DNA from: Takakia lepidozioides
Taxonomy: Eukaryota > Plantae > Bryophyta
NCBI GenBank assembly: GCA_030704615.1
Contig: CM060731.1
Coordinates: 64,418,001 to 64,482,000, forward strand
Direction of reading: 5' to 3'
Length of the DNA: 64,000 bases
The translations under genes and the position numbers were made by a program. Positions within the stretch are counted from its first letter, which is position 1; each line of letters begins with the position of its first letter. Below the pieces are notes generated by a model. It worked only from the letters and a program-made list of their open reading frames with translations. It ran no database searches and was not told where the DNA came from. Positions 26,220-39,215 of this stretch are shown here, one piece after another.

Positions 26220-27080
26220 GACCTCCAGCCAAGCGGCTTTCCCACATCAAATTGAAGGGGATCTGTAGATTATAGATAACGGCTGTTGCCTTCTCAATGT
26301 CTTTCCAATGACCTCTGCAATGAACTGGGGTATAAGATCTTCAAATCACAAGTTTGAGCATCACGCACAAGCCACTTACGGGGATAGAGTTTCCAATGCG
26401 AACCATTGGTCTTTTATTGATAGCATTGTTGTAAAATACATGGACCAACATGGTCAATTTCGGGAATGACATATAGTACGCTTTCATGTACTATGTAAGC
26501 ATGCAACTATGTACCAGTGACGTGGCTTGTTCGCCACTTAACCTGTTTGCCCATTCAGCCAGCTCCACATTGTCATGGATTTTGCATGCTGGATTGTGAG
26601 GCCATCCACACCGTCCTCTGGAAATGCTATCATGGGGTTTCAGCTATGTCCACATTTCCCTGGATTATGCCTGCACAAAGCAAGGCCAACTGCATTCAGC
26701 ACCCTCCACTTTATTATAGTATTGCAGCAACATTCAAAGCACTTCAATTTGTATCCATCGAAAACATCTAGGCTGGAAAAAGACATTGTTGCAGCAGAAC
26801 TTAGGAAAGTACTTCTCCCCTTCCACTACACACGTGAAATGAAAGAAGCCAACCAACAGCATACCAGCCAAGAAAAGAGCCAATATATGCAGTGAAGGTC
26901 GACACTAAATGAAACTTATCCAACACTTACATTAGAGGAGGGAAGCTAAGTCTTACCTCCATAAGCTTGCCCACATCAAATTTGGGAGCTTTCAAAATTT
27001 CTCCTTTCCGGTTGAATGAACTTGGCTACAAGATCCTTCAAATCGCAAGTTTGAGCTTCACACACAATGAACTTGCAGGG
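26220..27080 (-). pseudogene. RPS3A: Two degenerate fragments of cytosolic ribosomal protein S3a (eS1), at ~26220-26400 and ~26957-27080
   Basis: Minus-strand translations EAQTCDLKDLVAKFI...LKAPKFDVGKLME|gtaag and, with frameshifts, DAQTCDLK...FIAEVIGK.IEKATA.IY. They lie in an imperfect direct repeat (~26240-26480 vs ~26965-27180). Confidence 0.6.
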
Positions 27081-27177
27081 ATTGAGCTTCCAATGCGAAC
27101 CAGGAGTCTTATATTGATAGAATTGTTGTAAAACACATGGACCAACAATGACAGTCTCTGGAATGACATATAGTACA

Positions 27178-27420
27178 GCATGCCGCTTCCAGTTGACCAT
27201 CTACCCATGTAGGTTTCTTGTACCTATCCTTCCGCAGGGAATCATAGGTAATGTGGAGCTTGAAATCCAGCCCTCTTGGATGAATCTGGACCCACACTCT
27301 ATCCCTGCTCCTTCAGCTATCCATGCCTCTGACAGCCTACAATTCTACCAGCAAACACCCCAACCATACTGGTGTGGAGTTCTTCCCCAAAACACCCCAA
27401 CCCTACTTATCACAATCTGA
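27178..27420 (-). pseudogene. Diverged copy of the 5' region of a PPR gene like the one at 14095
   Basis: VQIHPRGLDFKLH...YKKPTWVDGQLEAA here vs VQIHPRGLDFKHR...YNKPAWVGGQLEAA at ~14130-14243. Similarity extends into the upstream sequence. Confidence 0.75.
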
Positions 27421-28466
27421 AATGCATCTGCTTCTCTCTGTAGTCCAACAGGCATTCGCCTTTTTGTCTCCATTGTCCCACCATTGGGGTCGGAAAGTGT
27501 TCACCCCAAAGCTTCTCCTCACCTCCATTATATGTTTTTGGATACTTCTCTGCTGCCACACTGGCAGTAACTTGCCAAAGTCACTCCAAACCACCACAGA
27601 TGTACCCAACGACCTAACTTACAGAATTCAATATGCATCTTGCGGCCGAGTCTGATGAGAGGGCAACACAGGCTGAAATAGGTTGAAGAAGAAGGTGCCC
27701 TACCACATTGTCCTTGACCTGTCCTGACCCATGGAGGATTTGACCGATGACCTCTTGTGTGTGCTGCTTGTGTCTGTAGTCAGGTAATGTCGGATTGGTC
27801 TGTCAGATCGAACCACTACGGCGTAGATGAGTAGTCAGAGATTGAAACACGCTTGCTAAGACCAAGCTGACTCTCCCAAGAACGGCGAGCGAGCTTGTCC
27901 TCGTCTCGTCTCCTCCTCCTCTTCTCCTTCGTGCATCATTTGCTCAACGCCTCCATCCCACGCCCCTGCATATCCTGCTATCAACGCGTTCCATCCCTCA
28001 GCTATGTGGTGTGGCGCAGGAGACAAAAAGACGCCAAGTCCCAGCCCTCCTTTCTGTTCACGATTACACTAATGGGCAACCTTATTAGCAATTTTTTGAA
28101 CTTTTTTAAACCTAATGGGCAACCTTATTTGCATTATATGTGCCTTCAAAATGACACGTGTAGTGATGTAGTCGTATAAATAGAGCTCTGAAACCATCTT
28201 CAGTCATGGAGTCATAAGATTCCATGAAACGTCGTCCACGTGTAGTCAAACATATCACACTAGTCATATAAACCATCCCTGTCATCATGGTCAACAATGT
28301 TTGACCAATGCTCCCTAACTTTCCGGAGTCATGTAGTGATATCCATTACTACAAAGTCATAAAATTAAAACTGTAATGCATTTCAGCGCTCTGTAGTCAT
28401 GTACCTAGTGCAGTTTTTATGACTCCGCCAAACCCGTAGTCCTAAAAACGCTCATCTCTTGTAGTG

Positions 28467-31400
28467 AACACGCCCTACGGTGACATCCAGGGTCGTAGGA
28501 GCAATCTGCTGCAAATAAACATAGTTACCAGGGCTAAACCTCCGAACCCCAGGACGATATCCTCCACCACATATAGTGGCATACCTCAACGTATCACAGT
28601 GCTGTGCAAATGACAAGGTTATCAAAAGCCATGGGCATGACTTTCTTGAACAACTCTGCACGCTAATCACATGCATGTACCCACACGTCGGGATCATCAA
28701 GATTAAGGACTCGAGCAGTGTCCCTACGAATGGCTGCAGGCAAATCCGGCTCTCGGCCAAAGAGAAGGAAATATGGTGAGAAAGAGACAAGTGATGCTTG
28801 TTTGCTGAACCTATAACCCATGGCTAACCAAGGCACCTGAAGATCCCAATCTCCTAGGTGTCCCTTCTGCAAGCCATACTTGCGCAAACCCCTCTTCACC
28901 GTCTGAACAACTCTCTCTGCCAAGCCATCGACCTCAGGATGATCCTGAGAAGTGGTGCGGTGGTCTATCAAGGCTTTATCACACAAAGCCTGAAACCCCC
29001 CCAAGAACTCTCTCCCTTGGTCCGTGAGTACCTCAGCTGGAGCACCGAATCGGCTAAGCACATGATCCAAGAATGCATACGCAGCCCCCTCACTAGCCTT
29101 GTCAGGCAATGGAACCAACTCAATCCACTTGGAGAAATGCTCCACCATCACCAACACATATCTGTGGTGGCTCATAGTCAGTGGCAACGGTCCTGCGAAG
29201 TCAAGACTCCACCTGTAGCCCAATCCCATGATTGGTAAATGATGCAATTGTGGTGTAGGGGCGTTGAATGAAGCACGCACCCTGTCACACACCATGTACC
29301 TAGCCACGAAGTGTTGCACCTCTGTATGCATACCACGCCACCAATACTGCCCCTGCAGTAAACTGTGAGTGCGTCGCACTCCAAAATGCCCCAACTCCTC
29401 ATGGGCATGCCGCACTAACCGTGCACGCTGTGTTAGGTGAGGCACAATCCTCACTCAACCATCCTCCCACACTCGGAGCAGGTGTATCCCCTACCACTTG
29501 AACCTTTTGGCTCGTTGCAGGATCCGATCCCTCTCCCTGGCAATCACAGTGGCTGCCGTGTCTCCCGTGCGGAGGTAGTCCAACACAGCCGAATCCTCAT
29601 GTACATCTCTGGCACCACTTGGCTCATCACTAGCCTCAGGGTCCTCAGACACTCCGTCTACAGTCATCCCTGTTGTAGGTCCAACCGACCTTCCGATGCC
29701 AAGATACACAAAAATGCAGATGCGTGCCATCCCGACATCATCTCCTCGTCCGTCTCACCATGCCACTAAGCTCCAGTGTCATCCTGCTGGCTCGTGCATG
29801 GATTGCGACTCAATCCATCCGCATCCCGATTGACCAAACCTGGTCGATGCACAACCCGAAAGTCAGACTCCTAGAGTATGAGTGCCCACCGTGCAAGCTT
29901 CCCTGTAAGCTTGTCTGACTCCATCAACCACTTGAGTGGTTGGTGATCCGTGACAAGGGTGAAGAGATTGCCATATAGATAGCACCTGAAGTGTGCCACG
30001 GCCCACACTGCAGTTAAGCACTCTCCCTCATATGAGCTATACGTAACCTCTGCAGCGTTGTTCGAGCGGCTAGCATAAGCCACTACGATCTCTCTCCCCT
30101 CATCATCCACCTGTGTGAGCACCGCTCCAAGCCCCAGCATGCTCCAATCCGTATGCAGCTGAAAGGGACGCCCCCTGATAGGTCATCTCAGGATAGGCGC
30201 CGAAGTCAACCTCGCCTTGAGCTCTTGAAAAACGTTCCTGCTCATCTTCCCACTGCCACTCCTGGTCCACCTTGGTCAGCTTGGTTATAGCCTTTGCAAT
30301 GACATTAAATCCCTTGACAAACCGTCTATAATAGTTTGCCAACCCCATGAAAGCTCGAACTCAGCTCACATCCGTGGGGCGTGGGATTTGTGCAATGGCC
30401 TCTACCTTAGTCTGCTGTACCCCCAATCCTCCAGGATATATCATGTGACCCAGATACTCAATCTGGTTGTGGAAAAACTTGCACTTCCCCAGATGCAACT
30501 TCAATCCATGTGCTCTCAAGCGCTCTAATACCACCTGAAGATGTCTCTCATGCTCCTCCACCGTAGCACTAAAAATGATGATATCATCTATGTAGCACCG
30601 AACAAAGTCCACCCCTGCTAGAATCCTATCCATGACTCTCTGAAACTCTGCAGGAGCGTTCTTAAGCCCAAATGGTAAGAACCGCCACTGATATAGGCAA
30701 TCCTTGTCGTGCTCATTGATCCCCCAGAATGCCGTCTTCTATTTGTCCGCCTCCTTGATCGGCAACTGGTGATATCCGGATCGTAAATCCAAAGTACTAA
30801 AGATCTTAGCATGCCCGATGGCATCAAAGATCTCCTCTGGTGTTGGCATGGCATACTTATCGGACTTGGTCTGACGATTTACAGGCCGGTAATCACCGCA
30901 CATACGTCTCTCCGTCCAATTGCCATAGACATCCTTCTTGGCTGGCATCATTGTGGCTGAAGCATACTCTCCAGCCTCCCAGAGATCTTGAGTCCTCATC
31001 TGAATCAAAGACCTCTCCATGTCACTGTATCTATAGGGTACGGTGTTTGCAGTGTCCTTGAATGATATTTTGTGAATGGCGTTGACCACATTCACATCCA
31101 GAGCTGTTGTGAGCTCCCGAGATTTATTGTACGTTTTGTATATTGAATGTCCTACTAGAAACTGTGTTGCCTCTGGTGAGAAATCGTTAGGCTTTGTAAG
31201 CAGTGTAATCATAGATCCAAAGTGAATGTCGGTGCCGACATTCACTTCTATATCTGTGTCCTTCCAAAGCTAGAGATTGCATTCACCTGGATTAGGAACT
31301 TAGATTGGCGTGTCAGTATCCAACTCAATACGAATCTCTTGACCCTTCAATGCTCCCAAGTTCTTCAAACTGAAGGCAAAGCAATTCCTATAAGCCCTCA

Positions 31401-34400
31401 GGAGTGGCCGTATACGTCGTCTCTCTCCTCCGGTGACAATGGGTCCAATGTCAGCTCCCAATTGTCCTCCGTAACTGCAACCTTAAGTCCAGTGGGCTTA
31501 GAGGTAGAGGACGCGTCCAGTGGTTGCTATGTTGCAACCTCTTGAGCAGTACTCCCTACCTGCTCAGTCAATGACAAGGCCTCATCCTGCCCCATCATCT
31601 CATCCTCGAGGACTTCCTCAACCCGAGAAAAATCCCCAACCTCATCCATCACCGCCACCTTGGCTGCCAACTCCCTCTGAACCTCGAGCACAGCATTAGG
31701 CTCCACTAACTGCTGCAACTGAGCATCCCACAGGAGGCTAGGTCCACTATCCCGGAAAGCATGCGATCCTGGGAAGCTGAGCAGTGTATATAATGCTGCT
31801 CGTGGTTGACCCACCCTGTGACCACTACCAAAGGCGAACGGTCATCGTGTCTCATACGCTGAGACTGCATCCATGTGTCCAAAATGCTATCCACTATGAG
31901 GTGTGTTGGCCGCTGCACCCCATCAAATGCACGCTTGAGCAGTGTGGGTGACATCAAGTTAGTCCACCGTAGCCGTGGACGATGAGCCCGTGACCCCACT
32001 GCAGCTGCATCCAGCAACACTGCTGACCCAAGCCACGACCGGACTTGATGCATACTGGCCATCACCCTGGCCCGAGAATCGCCCATCAGTGGCACATTCT
32101 CCAAGATGTATGCTGGAGATACAGCTTGATGAAGCTGCAAGTGGCGCAAAACCCGCACCATCTCCCAAAACAGACCCGACCTTGAGTCTCGCAATCCATT
32201 GCCATGCTTGGCTGATGAATACCATTGGCAGGGCCAACCTGCCACTACCAGATCAATAGAGCCAACCCGCTCCAAATCTTGCGTTCCCAGCAACGAAATG
32301 TCTGCTGGCAAGGCCTGCTGATATCCACGAACTACAGACACCGACAATAACTCAGGGTACTGCTACACCAACTGAGCAACATGGCGAAATAAAACGCGTC
32401 GTGCAGTCTCATCTCTCTCCACATACAGGTAACGCCGAACTCGCACACCTGCCTGTAACACAACAGCCAATCCAGTGTTGATCCCGCCAAACAAGTCTAG
32501 AAGGCAAATGCCTTTATCCGGATACTGCCACACAATAGGTGTGGTGCCCAATGGAGACAACTGAGGTGGTCCTGGTGCAATCCCCGCACTCTCCTCCTCT
32601 CCTGATGGTACAAAAGCCTCCACCCAGGCTTGTTGCACCCATCGATCAGCAACCCGCTGCAAATCCTTGTTCGTGCCCCACAATGGAGTTTGAGCAACCA
32701 TGGCAGGCAACTCTACCATACCATACATGTCATCCTGCTCTCCCGGAGGTGACACATCCTTTGAATGAGCGTTGCCCTCAATCAACTCTCCAGGCCAACT
32801 CACTGCAGCTGTGAATGCTACTAGTGTCGACATCTTGCCTCGCTGGGCAACCGCAACTTCTCCTATGAACGTCACAGGGAGCTGCACACGCCGGCCCTCC
32901 CCTGATTGCCATCCAGGCCTATAGGAAGCTGACTCCTCCCAAAAATCTAGGGTGAAGCCCATGGGGTACAACGCTGCCCCACCAACCAGGACATCGTATG
33001 AGACCGCGTCTGTCACAATGGCCTTGGCTTGCATCACTGAGCCATCTGTAGGGTGATCCGGCCGTAGTCTGATAGCCAACTCACGCCGTGTCATGCTCCG
33101 AGCATGCTCCGATCCTCCCAAAGACGTTTGTATCTGGAAAGGACAAGGCTCCATATCCGCCTCCGTGAGGCCCAAGCCTGCAATAGCAGCTCTGCCCAGC
33201 ATCAATGGCTGAGCTCCCAAGTCGAACAAGACCCGCAATGGCCGGTACCTCTTGTTTGCCGATCCACTCAAACAGAAAATGTCATCCTGGTTGTCTAACA
33301 TGACAACTCCAGGTGTCACCATGGCGCGCTCAATGGCTGGCCTAGCTGACAGCTCCATCAACCTGGCAACTGCAGCTTGCCATGGCGCCGCCGTGGCAGT
33401 CTTGATCCTCAAATCTGAGGATCCCTCCGGCACTACACCTCCCACTATCTCCGCAGAAGATGAAGTAACCTCCCCACTCTCACAGAGTGTAGCTGCTAGC
33501 CTGAACACCTCAGCTGGTCTTACCCCTGGCGTCGCAATCATGGTAGCCAAGAACAATGGAGCCTGGCACACAGATGTGGCCGCTCTCAGCAGCACACTAG
33601 CTGCCGTAGCCTTGGCAACACTAGGTAGTGGTGCTGCCTGTGTAGCTCTCCCCAATGGCATAGTAACCTCCGCCTCGGTAACAGTCGGGCGAGAACTAGG
33701 TGCCATGGATGGCGTCGACACTGTCTCCGCCAATGTGAATGACTGAGGAAGCCTGGCCTGACGGCTTGCTTCCCCACGCTGTGGATCCAACTCCACCTCT
33801 GCACCTTGTGGCTCAGGAACTTGTGCTACTCCTCGGGTCACTGCCGCCACCGACTCCACTTGCACTAGTGGTAGAGCTGCCCCACACATTAATCCCATGC
33901 CTTCCATATCTCCTCCCTCAGGAGCCGGAGGTGGACCATCCGGCCTTGGAGCCGGTACCACCTGAGCTGTAGCCATGGCAGCGAGCCTATGCTCTAGCTG
34001 CTGAAGCCGGTTGACCATGCTTTGGTCAACACCCTGACCTCCGCGTCCTTGGCCATGTTGAGCTTGCCCTTGGCCTGCACCCCGTGCCTGGCCACCTCGT
34101 CCTCTCTGGGCTGCTCCACCTCGCCCTCGGCCACCATTGTTCCCTTGGAACTGGCCTGGGCACAACTCAGGATGCAAACCATAACATTGGGCCTCTCTAT
34201 GCCCGTGCTTGCCACAATGCCCACACTGCAACTGTGCAGGCTGTGCATGTGCCGGCCCTTTGCCTCCCTTTGGGCAATCTTTCTTGACATGGGGTCTTCC
34301 ACATGTCTAACACAACACCTCCGCTCGTTATTGGCCTGCGAATGAAGGGAGAGACCCCTGCATCTGAGGTCCTCTCTGTCCTTCCCTGAGCTTCACTTGA

Positions 34401-37400
34401 GCCCTCTTGTTGCCTTGAGCACGTTGAGGTAGTGGTTGGCTAGGAGCACCACTACCCCGTGGTGTCTTCTTAGCAAATCCCACCATGACCACTCGTTCCT
34501 CCACCATGTTGAGCTCTATCTGCTCTGCCAACAAAAACACATTTGCTAAGGTGGGTTGGGCCGCTTGTAAGAGAGTTGCATCCCGCACCCTTCTTCTCAG
34601 CTCCTTGTCCAATATCCCATACCAGAATTGGACTGCCTGAGCTTCCGTAACCCCTTGGGTTACATTTATCAAGCGCCTCATGCGAGTGAAAGCCTCCCTC
34701 AAGCTGTCAGTAGGCTTTCGTTGGAACTCTTGCAAGCTCCGCAACTTCTCTGTCCTCTCCCCTTGGTAGTTCCCTCTCAACTCTTCGAAGAACTCCACAA
34801 CAAGGTTGAAGGTAGGCACGGGTACTGGTGCTGTTGCGGTAGTGGCTTGGGTGGACATCGTAGCTACGGTACCACCAGTCCCACTAGTCCCACTGCTGCT
34901 TGCTGAAGCTGCCGGTGCAGTGGCAGGTGTAGCCACTGCCCTCGTGGCTCTAGTGCCCCTAGTGATGGAGACATAGTTGGGTGACCAGTACATCCTCCAC
35001 TCCTCGATCTGAACCTCATGCCCCCGTTTGAACTCATGGTAATCATCTATATGCGGCCCCTCAAGGTGCTGAAACAGCCCCTTCCATGCCATGAAAGACG
35101 TAAATAGTTGTGGATTGCGCATTTGCTGCAAATCACACCAACTATCAAACTCTTGGATAAAATCATCCAAATCGATGGTGCCCACCGCCCCAGAGTACCT
35201 TCGTGGCCCCTTGGTAGCTCCATACATCTCTTCCATTGTGTCCCACAACAATGGCAAGGAAACAACTTGCACCGCCGGTGTGAGTCCTCCTGATTCAGAA
35301 TCCGAATCAGAACCTTCCGTAGAAGACCCAGGAGGTGAAGGTGGCCTAAACCGCACACCTCGTCTCGTGTACCCACTAGTATCGCTAGTGCTCAAACCGG
35401 CACTGTCCCTAGCAATTAGTGACACCTCCGTGTTGACAAACTGTCACTCAACCGGTCATGAACATGTCCCTAACCCCCTCTCCACAAGGTAACCGGGTAG
35501 AGAACCTATTGCGGCTTATGATTTGGAATACTAGGTTCCTAACATAGCCTACACCTGCACCTGCATCCACCGCAAGCACTCCTATGGTTGGCTGGTCATC
35601 ACCTCCAACCTCACCACATGAGAAACAATGATGGTCTGACTAGTCATCACCCCAGCCTCACCATCAACAGCATGCTCTAGGACTGGCCGGTGATCAAATC
35701 CGGACCCATCACCTATAAAAACAAGCGCCCACACAAAACTAACATGGCACACAGTCAAGCATGCAAGTATGGAGGGGATCCAAACACAAGAAATCAGAAC
35801 GACAACTCCCCCACCACAAAAACAACTCCACGGTGTTGCTTCTGCAATGACACCCCAGCCCAAACCCGGACTGACTCTTGCCTCCACCTACGGAAAGGTC
35901 TTGGCCTAATGAGAGGGTGGAAAACTACGAGGAAGAAAAGCTAAAGCAATGCCTAACCCCAGCATGCCCTCATCCCAACACTCTTCCTCTCCTCTCTTCC
36001 CTCACTTGCATGACCATGGGAATATCATGATGATACTCCTCAAACCGCCCTCCACGAGCATCAAAATTTGGCCTTCAAGACCACATGCCAGTCCTTAGGC
36101 AGTCCGCTAGTGCCTCCACGAGTTAGCACAGGCCGTCCACAGGTCAACACGGGCCACCACAGACCAGCACAGGCCCACACAGATCACTGGTCACAGCCGT
36201 CACAGTCCCACACAGGCCACAGCCCCACAGCCCATCACAGCCCCAAAGGCCACAGGTCACAGCCTGTCACAGCCCCAAAGGCCACAGGTCACCGCCTGTC
36301 ACAGCCCCAAAGGCCACAGGGCACAACCTGTCACATCCTGTCACAGTCCTACACAGGTCAGAGGGTCACAGCCCCACAGGCCACATGTCACAGCCTGTCA
36401 CAGCCCATCACAGCCCCAAAGGCCACAGGCACAGCCTGTCACAGTTCATCACAGCCCCACAGGCCACAGGTCACAGCCTATCACAACCCTACACAGGTCA
36501 CAGGGGTCACAGCCCCAAAGGCCACAGCCTATCACAGCCACACACCCCTCACACCCCCAGGCCACAGGGCACAACCTGTCACAGCCCCTCACAGCCCCAC
36601 AGGCCACAGGGCACAGCTTGTCACAGCCCGCCACAGCCTGTCACAGCCCCATCCATGGCCACTCATGGCAGTTTAGCCATTTTTCCAAGGGGTTTAGCCA
36701 CGCCAAGCTAGGGTTTGTGTCTCTTGGACTCTAGGCTTCTTTGCACCGAGCTATGGCGGCTGTGAGGAAATCAGCAAGGTATTCTTGCTCTTTATGGCCC
36801 CCACACACCACCAATAGTAACTCTAATTCCAAAGGAAGATGTTTGCAACCGAAACTAAGTGCACAAGCTTCCTTTTAACTCACAAAACAACGCCATTGAT
36901 CCCTATAGCGACTAACCAAACATGGCTGACTTTCAGCCCTTGTAGGCACTCATTCACGTGCTTTTCTTGACCATGGCACCTAATCCAGCCCCTGCACCTG
37001 CTGCTTCAAGAGTTGTGCTCCCTTCAAGCTTGAAGTTGAAACCCCAACTCACATAGGCCCTACAAGTGCTTTTATTTCACCCCAAGTGGAAACCAGCCCT
37101 AGCCCTTCCGTTCTAGCTCTCTAAAGCTTGAAAACAAGAGCCTCAATGGGCTAAAAGCATGCTCCATACATGCCCCACTCTCACCATAAGAGAATCAGCT
37201 CCTTTGCTTCATTTCTTGCACCCACAAACCTGAAAATACAAGCTTCAGCGGGCTGAAAATATGCTCCACACATGCCCTACAGGGAAACCAGCCCCTTCTT
37301 TCTTTTCTTGCACTCCCAAACCTGAAAGTACAAGCCTTCAACATGCTGAAAGCATGCTCTACACATGCATTGCCCTCACATAAGGGAAGTCAGCCCTTCC

Positions 37401-38457
37401 CTCTTCTTTGCTTGCCCTCCAAGCTTGAAGATGGAAGCTTCAATGAGCTGAATACATGCTCCACACATGCAACCTCTTCACACAAGAGGTATCAGCCCCC
37501 TATCTTGGCTCCTTGGCTCCTTGATGCTCTCTAAGACAAGACTAAGCACTCCACAGCCTTTGCCAAGCTCCTGAAACCCTAAAGCTTACATTTCCAGCCA
37601 CAAGACACTCATCTTGTGGTGCAAGAGCTCTTCTTCCAAGCTCTGAAATCCTAGGTGCATATTCCATGGTTAGCTCCTGTTCTAGCCCTGCTCTTGCCAT
37701 GACAAGAGCCCTCTCAATGCTGAAGCTCGAGATTGAAACCCAATCTCAACATACTCCACAAAGTGCACTGATTTGCCCAAGCCAAATCAGCCCTTTCGTT
37801 TGGTCTTGCAATCCTTCACACAATGAAAGCTCGCATTCCCAAGTCCAGTTCTCAGCTTTGCCACCAAAGCCACTCTAACCTGCTCTTGACTGGTCCTCTT
37901 CCCAATCGTGCTTGCTCATGCATGTACACAATCTGAAACCATCAAGGTGCTCTGGAATTACCTGTAGCATGGTGCTTTCATCTCTGAAGCTGAAGATCGA
38001 ATGCTAAGGTCTACTACCTCGTAACCCACATCGCCTCCGCTTCTAACAACCAAGAGCTCCACGGTGCTCCTTGCATAACAACCTGGTTTCTCTCATTCTC
38101 AAGCAAAAACCACAAGTGCTACAACTACTCGTAACTCGTATTGACACTCACAGATACGAGCTCATCTTTCTCGAGTGATAAAGAAGAAGAATACAAACAT
38201 AATCTCATGCACTCAAATACAAGTCAAGCCAAGTGCACCCCACGCCATAGAGAATCCACACTACGGCGCCATAGCTAGGCGCAGTGAGGCTCAACTCGAG
38301 AAAGATGAGCCTCCCGCGCTTGCCGTGAAGATAACCACTCCAGGGCCTAAATCTGCCTTGATCCCTGGATTGACACTTGGGCTAATCCCAAATGTCAATA
38401 TGTAAAAGCTAGCTATTTCCTAGCTAGTTTCACACTAGTGGTAAAATAAACTTGACA
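28467..38457 (-). mobile_element. Decayed copy (copy 1) of the DNMT-carrying Ty3/Gypsy retrotransposon
   Basis: Collinear with 39520-50579. Gag-PR-DNMT-RT-RH-IN is broken by many stops and frameshifts, a 264-bp in-frame deletion in the MTase C-terminus (~31692) and a ~260-bp foreign insert (~31039-31300). The 3' end is cut at the CACTA terminus. Confidence 0.93.
36180..36650. repeat. GTCACAGCC-type minisatellite in the leader of copy 1
   Basis: Tandem degenerate cacagccc/gtcacagcc units; a shorter version of the array at 47250-48715. Confidence 0.9.
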
Positions 38458-38955
38458 ATTCACTTGTATACTAAGATGTAACGCCTTCACAGCCCGGCTG
38501 AGGTTATTTTTTCCTCTTGTACTCTTTGTCTTTATAAATATATTTGAGGGCTACTTTCCCTCATCTGAAGAAAAAAAAAAAAAAAAAAAAAAAAAAAACA
38601 TATATATTCAACAATGCTTGCAATATTTGCAAAATAACCTAGGGATAACCTAGCTACATAACACAAGTTTGCGAGCTCCAAAAAAGTAATAATTGTTGAC
38701 GAGCACAATCTACTTTCGACCCAACGGCTGATCTGCAAGTGCCACAAATGATGGGCCTTGGCCAAAGTGTCGTGCGCATACATATCGCTACACAACTACA
38801 TCGCTGTCCAAAACCACACAACACATGTGCACACCACACACTAGTATACCACTAGTCTACCACTAGTCCAGCCACTAGTCCAACCACTAGGCTACAACTA
38901 GTCAGTCACTAGGCTGCCACTACGCTGCCCACTATGGCAGTCACTAGTCCACACA
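38176..38955 (-). repeat. Putative LTR (TGTGTGG...TTTATCA, ~780 bp) shared as 3' LTR of copy 2 and 5' LTR of copy 1
   Basis: Minus strand: purine tract AGGGGGGCGAT (38966-38956) directly precedes TG, and the terminal CA (38177-38176) is directly followed by the putative PBS. 38176-38457 is homologous to 50253-50579 and, inverted, to 53038-53330. An alternative, shorter LTR is 38457-38176. Confidence 0.6.
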
Positions 38956-39215
38956 ATCGCCCCCCTAGCTGGTGCTTAGGTCCCTCTAAGTCCAGGTAGC
39001 CACAAGATGTGATAGTGACCATAGCCTCACTAAGTCCTCCACCACTATCCCTACTACAGTCAAACTCGATAGATCAAGAGGCCGGGTGCAAGAGTTGCCC
39101 CATCGTTAGTCGCCGTCTTGCAACCTGTGAACTTGAGCTTGGGATCTCATGTATTGACTCCTATGAGCTTGGCCTCCCATGTCTTGTTAGCTGCCTCCAG
39201 TCATGTCCACTGCCA

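Larger units (their letters stand above)
21700..28466 (+). mobile_element. CACTA DNA transposon (right terminus at 28466; left terminus not found)
   Basis: Right end ...CTCTTGTAGTG (reverse complement CACTACAAGAG) abuts the truncated Gypsy integrase. GTAGTCAT/ATGACT subterminal-type motifs cluster at ~28150-28440 and ~22020-22270. Confidence 0.7.
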
